A stretch of DNA of 60,117 nt, counting the filler. It is 2 parts of 2 records of this genome, joined end to end, with 100 filler letters (N's around TTAATTAATTAA, not from the genome) between each part and the next. Parts side by side here need not be neighbours in the genome. Positions count along the whole stretch, not along the records: positions 29,099 to 60,117 come from DRR723986_13288; 1 more part is not named here. One strand, 5' to 3'. The notes below the pieces were generated by a model. The model was not told where the DNA came from. It saw only the letters and a list, made by a program, of their open reading frames with translations, and searched no databases. The position numbers and the translations under genes were made by a program. How positions within the stretch are numbered: the stretch's first letter is position 1; each line of letters starts with the position of its first letter. This document shows, piece by piece, positions 37,647 through 46,490 of this stretch.

Positions 37647-39458
37647 TTAATTGCTCGCATATAATTCTTCAATTGTCACGGCAAACTTTTCCTCAACAAC
37701 GCGGCGTTTAATTTTCAGCGTAGGCGTAATTTCACCTTCCTCCTCTGAAAAAGCGCGATCGAGCAGTTTGAAGCGGCGGACTTTCTCGTACTTGGAAAAG
37801 CCGTGCAAAACGCGATCCAGATCGCGGCGCACTTCCGAGACGATGTCTTTGTGTGCGACCAACTCTGCCGGTTCGTTAATCGAGAGTCCTTTTTCGGACG
37901 CGATTTGTTTAAGCAGGTCAAAGTTCGGGACAATCAATGCGGTACAAAAGTCGCGCTTTTCACCGATTAACATGACCTGATCCACAAAGCGGCTCTGCGA
38001 AGCGGCATTCTCAATCGGCTGCGGAGCGATGTTTTTGCCGCCGCTGCTAACGAAGATATTCTTCTTGCGGTCGGTAATCACAAGGTTGCCGTTTTCGTTG
38101 TACGCACCGATATCACCGGTGTGCAGCCAGCCTTCCTCGTCAATGGCTTCGCGGGTTGCCGCTTCATCATTGAGGTAGCCAAGCATAACATTATCACCAC
38201 GCGCCAGAATCTCGCCGTCGTCGGCCAGTTTAACTTCCACGCTGGTCATGGCTTTGCCCACAGTACCAAATTCGTAGGAGTCGGTGCGATTGACTGTGAT
38301 AACTGGTGCGGCTTCGGAGAGACCATAACCTTCGAGGATGATCAGTCCGGCAGCCTCAAAAAATTCGCCAAGTTCGCGCTGCAGCGCTGCACCGCCAGAA
38401 ATAAAGTACTGCAGGCGGCCACCGGTGCGCGTGCGAATTTTGCTCAGCACCAGTTTATCCGCCAGGGCGAATTTAGCACCCAGGATGGGACCGGCGCCAC
38501 CAGCGCGCACGGCTTTGCGGTATTTTTTACCGGTATCGATGGCCCAGTGGAAAAGTTTCTGTTTAATTGGCTTTTCGCGCTCCAGCGCTGATAAAATGCG
38601 CATCTGAATGCGCTCAAAGAAACGCGGAACACTCGTCAAAAAGGTGGGGCTGAGTTCCATCAGATTGCTGGCAACCGTGTCAATCGATGGTGCCAAAGCA
38701 ACTGTCGCCTCACCGGCAAAGGCCGTGTAAAAGCCGGCCATGCGCTCATAGGAATGGCAGAGCGGCAAGTAAGAGAGCAGGAGGTCTTCGTGTGAGAGGC
38801 GTTTAACATCCTGCGAGTCTTTGACGTTCGTCAGCAGACAGCGATGCGCCAGCATCACACCCTTGGGGTTGCCTGTAGTTCCGCTGGTGTAAATTACTGT
38901 CAGCAGGTCATCGCGCTTGACTTTGGCAGCAAGCTCTTCGAACAGGGACTTGCGGTCAGCTTCCGGCACACTTTCGGCGCCACGCTGAATCACGGCGTCA
39001 AAAGTCACGACGCGCGGGTCTTCGTGCTCAAAGTCTTTGAGCATAACAACGATGTGCTCCAACTTGGGCAACGCATCGGAAGCGGCTAAGACTTTGTTTA
39101 ACTGCATCCGGTTCGATACGATAATCGCACGCGCATTACAATGCCCATAAATGTAAGCACACTGCTGCGAGGTCATCGAAGGAAAGATCGGAACGTCCGC
39201 AGCACCCAATGCTGTAATCGCGAAGTCGGAGATGATCCACTCCATGCGGTTTTCGGACAAAATGCCGACGCAGTCACCGGTGCCGATGCCCATGGCGCGC
39301 AAACCAAAACAGAGGAGTTCTACCTGTTCACGCAGCTGATCATAATAGACCGGCTGCCATTTGTCTTCACTTTTAAACAAATAGGCCGGGTGATCTGTAT
39401 TGGAGCGATACTTATTGGTAACACCAACAAACATTTCCGGAATTGTTGTGTAGGTCAT
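37647..39458 (-). CDS. long-chain fatty acid-CoA ligase (AMP-dependent)
   Basis: YTSGTTGNPKG, EGYGLSE, GWLHTGDIG, ITDRKK, TPTLKIKR. Confidence 0.93.
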   Translation of the reverse strand: MTYTTIPEMFVGVTNKYRSNTDHPAYLFKSEDKWQPVYYDQLREQVELLCFGLRAMGIGTGDCVGILSENRMEWIISDFAITALGAADVPIFPSMTSQQCAYIYGHCNARAIIVSNRMQLNKVLAASDALPKLEHIVVMLKDFEHEDPRVVTFDAVIQRGAESVPEADRKSLFEELAAKVKRDDLLTVIYTSGTTGNPKGVMLAHRCLLTNVKDSQDVKRLSHEDLLLSYLPLCHSYERMAGFYTAFAGEATVALAPSIDTVASNLMELSPTFLTSVPRFFERIQMRILSALEREKPIKQKLFHWAIDTGKKYRKAVRAGGAGPILGAKFALADKLVLSKIRTRTGGRLQYFISGGAALQRELGEFFEAAGLIILEGYGLSEAAPVITVNRTDSYEFGTVGKAMTSVEVKLADDGEILARGDNVMLGYLNDEAATREAIDEEGWLHTGDIGAYNENGNLVITDRKKNIFVSSGGKNIAPQPIENAASQSRFVDQVMLIGEKRDFCTALIVPNFDLLKQIASEKGLSINEPAELVAHKDIVSEVRRDLDRVLHGFSKYEKVRRFKLLDRAFSEEEGEITPTLKIKRRVVEEKFAVTIEELYASN

Positions 39459-39670
39459 ACGCTCTGGTCATTCAAATGTGAACAAAGTTGAGGATTCATT
39501 CTTATGCTGAGACATGCTGTATTGCAGCAGTTCAGCGAAGGCCTTGACGAGCATGCAGTATACCAACATGAGTTACACTGGTTATGCGGCATATACAGAT
39601 TTCTGGGGAGGCCTTGGATAGCCCAAAAGAATTTAAGCCTCAGGCCTGACTATTCAAACTCGGGCAAGAT

Positions 39671-40609
39671 TTACTGCCCTTGCGATTTTTGGTTTTGTTT
39701 GAGCGCAGCACGGACGTGCCCCATGGCTGACTCCAGTCTGGCGGCGGCTTCCGCGCTGGAAACTCCGGCAATCAGGCTGACAATCGCCGTTTTAACATGG
39801 CCGTTGGCGGCTTCAAGTGCCTGATCTGCTTCGTGATATTCAACGCCACAGACTTCCATAACGGTGCGGCGCGCACGCGCTTCCAGTTTGCCATTACTCA
39901 GTTGCAGGTCAACCATCACATTGTGATAAGTCTTGCCGATGCGCACCATCGAAGCAGTTGTAAGCATATTTAACACCAATTTCTGCGCGGTGCCGGACTT
40001 CATACGCGTGGAGCCGGCAATCGGCTCCGGCCCCACCTGCGGCGTAATCAGGACGTCAACTTCTACGCCGCGATCCAGGATATTTTCAGGTGTAGAATTG
40101 CTGATGAACAGCGTTGGACTGCCCAGGGCACGTGCATGCGCCAGCGCCCCAAGTACAAAAGGAGTACGGCCCGAAGCAGCAATTCCACAAACGACGTCCT
40201 TTGCGGTGAGATTCAGCTGCTCAAGCGCCTCTGTGCCGGCTTCTCTTGAATCTTCGACACCTTCCTGCGAGCGAAACATGGCTTCGGAGCCGCCGGCAAT
40301 AATTCCCTGAACCATTTCCGGTGCCGTGCCAAACGTAGGTGGACACTCAGACGCATCCACAACTCCCAGGCGCCCACTCGTACCGGCTCCGACGTAAAGA
40401 AGGCGGCCACCGGCGCGGAAGGCATCAACGATGATGTCTACAGCGGCGGCAATCTTGTCCAACTCCGCACCTACAGCCGGAATCACCTGTTGATCCTGCG
40501 TATGCAGCATTTCCACGATTCCGCGCGTGGAAGCCACGTCAATCTCAAGCGTATCGGGATTGATGCGCTCCGTAGGTAATGCGGCGATATCTTCAAATAA
40601 TGGATGCAT
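39671..40609 (-). CDS. murQ: N-acetylmuramic acid 6-phosphate etherase
   Basis: GAGTSGRLGVVDASECPPTF, AASGRTP, GSTRMKSGTAQKLVLNM; ATG at 40609 preferred. Confidence 0.95.
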   Translation of the reverse strand: MHPLFEDIAALPTERINPDTLEIDVASTRGIVEMLHTQDQQVIPAVGAELDKIAAAVDIIVDAFRAGGRLLYVGAGTSGRLGVVDASECPPTFGTAPEMVQGIIAGGSEAMFRSQEGVEDSREAGTEALEQLNLTAKDVVCGIAASGRTPFVLGALAHARALGSPTLFISNSTPENILDRGVEVDVLITPQVGPEPIAGSTRMKSGTAQKLVLNMLTTASMVRIGKTYHNVMVDLQLSNGKLEARARRTVMEVCGVEYHEADQALEAANGHVKTAIVSLIAGVSSAEAAARLESAMGHVRAALKQNQKSQGQ

Positions 40610-40750
40610 GTACAGCAGACAGTTAGTTCGTTTAATGCGGGCAGGTAACTCTAGCAATCCTAGAATTAAAGCCGGTAACAAAAAAGCACAACGAGGAAAA
40701 ACTCATCCTCATTGTGCTTTGTTTTAATTGCCAACGCCCGGAGGCTGGTC

Positions 40751-43700
40751 TTATTGCGGAGAATCGCCGCTTGTTTGCAGTGCCTCAAAGTATTGGCGGA
40801 TCAGCGTCTCGTAATCTTTGGTGTATCCGCGCTGAATTGAACGCATCAATTCACGCAGCGCACGCTCACGACCTTCTTGTGAAGCCATGTCGATTTCTGC
40901 AGGACTTTCGCGCGCCACATTGTTGCCGCTACGTCCTTCGCGTTTTTTCTCGTAGTCGCGCTCACGCATGGAGCGCGAAGCGTCGAGCAGACGCGAGAGA
41001 ATTTTGTTTTGGCGTTCGAGGGTTTTGTCGCTTATCTGACCGGACTGCATGTCCGCAACAACTTCGCGCATTTCTTCGGCCAGATTATCCAGATCACCGA
41101 GTGCGCGGCGTTCGCCGCCGGATTCTTTTTGTTCGCGTGCCAGTTCCTGCATCGATTTCTGGACGCTACCCTGCTCACCGGCCAGGCGACCGAGTTCACC
41201 ACGCTGCTGTCCGGACATCTGGCCACCTGGTCCCTGTCCACCCTGCTGCATCATTTTCTGCAGCGCGTCATTGACCATCTGTTGCTGAGCGGCGGCCTGC
41301 TGGAGTCCCTGCATAAATCCGCCCGGCCCCTGACCTTGGCCCTGTCCCTGACCTTGCCCCTGTCCCTGGCCTTGTCCCTGACCTTGCCCCTGTCCCTGCA
41401 TATCGGAAAGGGCGCTGGACATTTGCTGGGCTGCACGGTTCATGGAACCCATGGCACCAGATTGTGAACCGGCACAGGATTGTGGATTGCGGTCACTCAA
41501 CTTGTTGATTGAGGACTGCATTTTGCGCATCGCATCGCCAATTTCCTTGCCCATTTCGGGCGTCACCGAAAAGGATTTTTCGGAGAGTTTTGAGAGGTTG
41601 TTGGCGACGTTGTTGAGATCCTGCATGATGTCAGCCTGTTTGCGCGCCAATTCACGCAAACCGGTTGAGTTGTGGTCCATTTTGGAGGTTTGGTCTTTGA
41701 GTTTCTCCTGACGCTCAGAGAGGTCAAGCATGTCACTCACAGACTTGCGCATTTGGCGAATAGCTTCCTGCTGTGCGTTTTGCTGCATCTGCTCTTTCAT
41801 CTGCTGCATGCGCTCGGCAAACTTTTCCAGGTTCTGCTGGGCTTGCTGCTGATTCTGCTGGGCTTGCTGCTGCTGGCCGTTGCGCATTTGCTCACCGGCT
41901 TCCTGCATCGCCATTTCAGTCATTTCTTTCTGAAGTTCTTCAATGGCTTTCTGCATCTCGAACATCGGCACATCTTCGCCGATATCGGTCATCAGTTCTT
42001 CGAGGTCCATCAACTCTTCGCTGAGCTGATCGAGGTCTTTCTGGAGTTGCTCTTGTTTTTTGGCGAGCTCTTCCATACGCTCAGAATCGTTCTGATTGGC
42101 ATTGTTGAGTTCTTTCTGCAGCTCAGCCTGTTTGTCACGCAGCTCTTCAGCGCGTTTGGCCAGCTCGTCGGTTTTCTGCTCGGCCTGGACACGTTGCAGC
42201 ACTTTCATTGTGCGCTCAATGCCTTTGCGAAACTGCTCTTCGTTGAACTCAAAGTTCTCCATGGCTTTGCGCATTTGATCGGGCGACATTTGTTCCATGG
42301 CCTGATCCATGCGTTCCATGGCACGCTGCAATTCTTCGGACTTGACGTCTTTAAGCAGGTTTTGCAGTTCCTGATACTTCTGCAGGGTTTCGGGTGAGAT
42401 AGCCTGATTTTGATCGAGCTGCTCGCTCATTTTCTCCAGATTCTCACGCACGTCATCAACGCGTTCATTGAACTCTTCCTGTTTCGCAAGCAGTTCTTCA
42501 ACTTTCTTCTGCTGCTGCCAGTCAACCTTGTCGTTTTTGTCCTGCTTGAGGAGTTCGCGGTTGATCTCCTCCATGTCGCGTTTGAGTTCCTCGGCATCTT
42601 TGAGGATTTCTTCCAGCTCTTTGGCGGCCAGTTCCTGGACGTCGTCGGCTTCGTCAAAGATTTCGTCGAGCGAAGGCAGGCGCACCGTCAGGATTGAAGT
42701 TTTAGCGGACTTGGGTCCGGCAACCTGGTCATTGTCAAACACTTCCAGGAAGAACTGATAACGATCAGCCGGCGAGATGCCAATCTGGTTAAGATCCCAA
42801 ACATATGGGACTTCAATCGCACGCTCGTAGCGTGGAACCGTAATTGTAATCTGTGAGAATTCTTCTTCGGGGCTGGCGTAATCGGACTCAACAAGGCGGT
42901 AGTTCAGCTTAAGCGTTGAAAAGCCGTAGTCATCAGTTGCGACAACTTTGATTGGCATAATTGCATTTTCGCTCAGCTGTACATCTACCGTCGGCTCTAC
43001 CATTGAGATTGTAGGATAGGCGTCGTTGAGCGGCACGATTGAGTATCTAATCGGGTCGGGATTGCGCTCACCTTCCAGGTCCACCACGTGGATTTCGTAT
43101 TCGCCGTAGCGACTGATCGAAAAGTCTCCAGTGGCACGGCGGCCGTCAACCTGCATGTCGATCAGCAGCGTGTCCGGTCCCATGACTTCGGCGGAAATGC
43201 CTTCGTCGGTCGCAGCCAGAATTGCTTCGCTCTTGGGGCGGTCAAGCCGTACGATCGTGGCGGCACTTAATTCTTTGTTGGCCAGCACTTCCAGTGAAAC
43301 ACGCGAACCACGCAGCGAAATGATATCGGCTGAGTTGGCATCGAATGTGCGCGCTGCCAGACGCGTGTACGACGGCGGCGTCACTGTTCCACTCAGCGAG
43401 CGGATGTCGGGGCGATCAAGGACTTTGATTGCTCCGGACTCAGTTTTTATGTCATTGCCATACCAGGGCGCCGCAGCGTAAAACTCGATGCCGCGTTTGA
43501 TGGCTGGAATCTCAAATCTGTATTCGCCCAGCGAATCGGGGCGCAAGGTGTAGACGTCGTAGTCTTCCTGGCGGTCTTCACGCATGTGCAACATCACCTG
43601 GTCCGGCGGCGTCTTGCCGCCTGCCGTGACCACAATGGCGACGTCGGCACCACGCAGCACGCGGGCATCGACGGGTTCAATTTGCAGGTCAAACGGTGCC

Positions 43701-44308
43701 GGCGGAATAAACGCCTGGTTGAAGTGGCGCAGGCGGTCCAGGGCCTGGCCGGAAGGCGCAAAGGCGGCAAACAGCAGCACGGTAATGGCGGCAATACCAC
43801 CAAAAAACATGAGGCTGCGTTTGGGGTCACGTTTGTCGATTATCACATCAAAGTCGAGCGCGGAGGACGCTTTGCCGACTTCGCTAAAACGCGCGAGAGC
43901 GAGTTCCTGTGACACACCGGCTGGTGTTTCGGCAACGCGGAAGAGCTGCATGGCATTGGATAGTTTGTCCTTTACCTGCGGATAGTGGCGGCCAACGCGC
44001 AGGGCGAGCTGCTCGACATTATCGGGGCTGCCAATTCCGAGCATCGTGAGTATATCACGCCCGGCAAAGACCGCCAGGCCCGCCACGGTGACGATGAGCC
44101 ACGAGGCTGCCAGCGCAGTACGAACTCCCACCGAAAAGAAGGCAAATGACTCAACGACAACCAAGAAACTCAAAAAGCCCACCGAAAGGGCAATACTTTT
44201 TAGTATGCCTGAGGTGAGGCGCAAGCCTTTTTCTTTGCGGCGCGTCGAGAGTAATTTATTGTGTAGGGACTGGAAAAGCGACTGTGTTGGGTTTTGCTCG
44301 CTGCTCAT
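40751..44308 (-). CDS. DUF4175-like large membrane-anchored protein (TM + Ig-like + long coiled coil)
   Basis: Three N-terminal TMs, PPSYT and DDYG motifs, Q/E-rich coiled coil, RQNKILSRLLDA..RERD..Y..LIRQYF C-terminus. Confidence 0.8.
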   Translation of the reverse strand: MSSEQNPTQSLFQSLHNKLLSTRRKEKGLRLTSGILKSIALSVGFLSFLVVVESFAFFSVGVRTALAASWLIVTVAGLAVFAGRDILTMLGIGSPDNVEQLALRVGRHYPQVKDKLSNAMQLFRVAETPAGVSQELALARFSEVGKASSALDFDVIIDKRDPKRSLMFFGGIAAITVLLFAAFAPSGQALDRLRHFNQAFIPPAPFDLQIEPVDARVLRGADVAIVVTAGGKTPPDQVMLHMREDRQEDYDVYTLRPDSLGEYRFEIPAIKRGIEFYAAAPWYGNDIKTESGAIKVLDRPDIRSLSGTVTPPSYTRLAARTFDANSADIISLRGSRVSLEVLANKELSAATIVRLDRPKSEAILAATDEGISAEVMGPDTLLIDMQVDGRRATGDFSISRYGEYEIHVVDLEGERNPDPIRYSIVPLNDAYPTISMVEPTVDVQLSENAIMPIKVVATDDYGFSTLKLNYRLVESDYASPEEEFSQITITVPRYERAIEVPYVWDLNQIGISPADRYQFFLEVFDNDQVAGPKSAKTSILTVRLPSLDEIFDEADDVQELAAKELEEILKDAEELKRDMEEINRELLKQDKNDKVDWQQQKKVEELLAKQEEFNERVDDVRENLEKMSEQLDQNQAISPETLQKYQELQNLLKDVKSEELQRAMERMDQAMEQMSPDQMRKAMENFEFNEEQFRKGIERTMKVLQRVQAEQKTDELAKRAEELRDKQAELQKELNNANQNDSERMEELAKKQEQLQKDLDQLSEELMDLEELMTDIGEDVPMFEMQKAIEELQKEMTEMAMQEAGEQMRNGQQQQAQQNQQQAQQNLEKFAERMQQMKEQMQQNAQQEAIRQMRKSVSDMLDLSERQEKLKDQTSKMDHNSTGLRELARKQADIMQDLNNVANNLSKLSEKSFSVTPEMGKEIGDAMRKMQSSINKLSDRNPQSCAGSQSGAMGSMNRAAQQMSSALSDMQGQGQGQGQGQGQGQGQGQGQGQGPGGFMQGLQQAAAQQQMVNDALQKMMQQGGQGPGGQMSGQQRGELGRLAGEQGSVQKSMQELAREQKESGGERRALGDLDNLAEEMREVVADMQSGQISDKTLERQNKILSRLLDASRSMRERDYEKKREGRSGNNVARESPAEIDMASQEGRERALRELMRSIQRGYTKDYETLIRQYFEALQTSGDSPQ
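41327..41398 (-). repeat. (Gln-Gly)12 coding tandem repeat
   Basis: Twelve 6-nt CARGGN units with synonymous codon variation. Confidence 0.9.
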
Positions 44309-44507
44309 ATTTGTCACACGTTTTTAAGCGGATCCGGGGAACGCTATGTAGATGAATGCTGAATTTTGCGCGGCCCGTATCTTAAGATTCTGGGCGCGTA
44401 GTGAGCGGCAGTTTATTCGGTTGTGTACGCAAGTGATTCGCAGTTTGTGGGCTGATATTGAATTGTATCCAGCCAAAATCGATCTGCGAAACGGGTTTGA
44501 GCCGACG

Positions 44508-45206
44508 TCAGTGCGTCAACGCCCAAACCACGATATTTGTTCCAAATTTGAGCGCTTCCTCACGTTTTGCGGGCGCATTGTCGTGCACCTCGGGATCGGC
44601 CCATCCATCACTGGGGTTGGCTTCGACAGTGTAAAAGACACAAAGACGGCCATCGTGAAAGAGGCCAAAGGACTGGGATGGTTTCTTGTCGTGCTCGTGG
44701 GTTTTGGGCGGACCCTGGGGAAAGTCGTAAAAAACCGAGTAAATTCCATGCGAAAACGGCAACTCGGCAAATTCCTGATCGCCAAACACGCGCCGCATCT
44801 CGCGCCGAATTGAAGCATCCAAACCATAATCGTCGTCGATATACAAGAAGCCACCATTCTGCAGATATGCGCGCAGACGGCGAATTTCAGCATCGGTGAA
44901 TGCCACGTTGCCATGCCCCGTCAGGAACAGCATCGGGTAGAGAAAGACGTTGTCCGATGCCAGATCCACAAACTCAAACACCGGATTCACATCGATATTT
45001 GTGTTGGCGCTAACGTAGTTCAGCAGGTTGATTTCGGACGAGGGATCATTGTACCAGTCACCGCCACCGGAGTATTTGAGGCGCCCGATTTTGAGCGGAC
45101 TGGCCTCGGCCTCCTGCGCCATGGCATTGTGCTGCATGACGGCGGGCGTGACGGCAAAGAGGATGCCAAGGGCCACGATCAGTGATTTTAGACTTGAATG
45201 CTGCAT
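44508..45206 (-). CDS. DUF4159-domain exported protein
   Basis: LKYSGGGDWY, LTGHG, GGFLYIDDDYG, SDGWAD motifs; signal peptide from ATG 45206. Confidence 0.88.
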   Translation of the reverse strand: MQHSSLKSLIVALGILFAVTPAVMQHNAMAQEAEASPLKIGRLKYSGGGDWYNDPSSEINLLNYVSANTNIDVNPVFEFVDLASDNVFLYPMLFLTGHGNVAFTDAEIRRLRAYLQNGGFLYIDDDYGLDASIRREMRRVFGDQEFAELPFSHGIYSVFYDFPQGPPKTHEHDKKPSQSFGLFHDGRLCVFYTVEANPSDGWADPEVHDNAPAKREEALKFGTNIVVWALTH

Positions 45207-45334
45207 GTATAAGTATTTGATTTTTAACGATATAAGAACAACGAGTTCAAAAGTCTGCACGCCGGCAGTTTTGCTTGCGTTGCGTTCAACTTAACCACGA
45301 TCCGCACTGCTTTTGCGTGTAGCACACCTGCCGG

Positions 45335-46201
45335 TCAAATCAGCGGCGGTGCCGTTGGCGGAGCGGGTTTGTCGGCGGCCGGATCAACTACGGGCGGAAC
45401 GCTGTCCCCCGGCAGATCCACCTGCGTAGTTCCGGGCTGCGGAGTTTCGGGCTGCGGCGGAACGGTCGGAATCGGCGTCGTTTTGGCTTCATCCGCTAAT
45501 AATTCTTTGGCTTCCTCTACGACTTCCTGCGCAGGGCCTTCCGGCAGCACGCGGCAGAGTACCAATTTCTTATCTTGTTCGCGGAACCACCTGGTGCCCA
45601 TCAGATCAATATCGATGACGCGGACTGAAAGATTCGGGAATTTGCGCTTCGCCTCTTCAATCTCGGTCGTCAGGTCGCCACCTTTTAATGTAGCGAGCAC
45701 CCCGTCGGAACGCAGGAGCGGCAAGGTCCATGAGGCGAGTTGCACCAGCGGCGCTACTGCGCGTGCGGCAACCATATCAAATGTTCCGCGGAATTGCGGA
45801 TCGTCAACCAATCCTTCGGCCCGGATAGTCTTGGCACCGATATGACGCAGACCCGTATGTTTGGCCAGCATATCCGTGACTTTGACTTTTTTGGCGATCG
45901 AATCCACCAGCATCATGTAGATATCCGGCCGCGCAATCTTCATTGGAATACCGGGAAAACCACCGCCGGTTCCAACGTCAATCACACGCGCTTTTTTGCG
46001 CAGGGTTACATACTTCAGGATTGTAAGTGAATGCAGGATGTGGCGCTCGTAGATGTGCTCGACGTCCTGGCGCGAAACAAGGTTGACACGTTTGTTCCAC
46101 TTGACCAGCTCATCGTGGTAGCGTTCCAGAGAACGCATTTGATCGCGCTCCAGTACAATTCCATCGGCGGCGCATGTGGTCCAGAACGTGACTGAGTCCA
46201 T
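45335..46201 (-). CDS. rsmG: 16S rRNA m7G527 methyltransferase with Pro-rich C-terminal tail
   Basis: WNKRVNLVS, RHILHSL, DVGTGGGFPGIP, ARAVA, TLKG; start uncertain (46201 or 46219). Confidence 0.93.
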   Translation of the reverse strand: MDSVTFWTTCAADGIVLERDQMRSLERYHDELVKWNKRVNLVSRQDVEHIYERHILHSLTILKYVTLRKKARVIDVGTGGGFPGIPMKIARPDIYMMLVDSIAKKVKVTDMLAKHTGLRHIGAKTIRAEGLVDDPQFRGTFDMVAARAVAPLVQLASWTLPLLRSDGVLATLKGGDLTTEIEEAKRKFPNLSVRVIDIDLMGTRWFREQDKKLVLCRVLPEGPAQEVVEEAKELLADEAKTTPIPTVPPQPETPQPGTTQVDLPGDSVPPVVDPAADKPAPPTAPPLI

Positions 46202-46490
46202 TGCATCCTTTTCTTCCATACTTTTCCTCTCCCTGCGCGCGCGTGTACGCATGTTCACTAAAAAAGTGACAATTTACTGCAGCGCTTTTTTAACGACAGC
46301 CGCAAACAATTCGGTGGCCGCGAACGTGTTAGATAGACGATCCCGGTCCGGCAAGCGGCACATGATTCCTGACAACTTGTGGGACGTAGACGCCTGCGGC
46401 AGCCAATGCGTGCATTCTGTGTGCATTCACGCCTATTTTTGTACCCGGCGGGCCCAACATCTCCGTCTTGGCGGCATTTGCCACATACTA

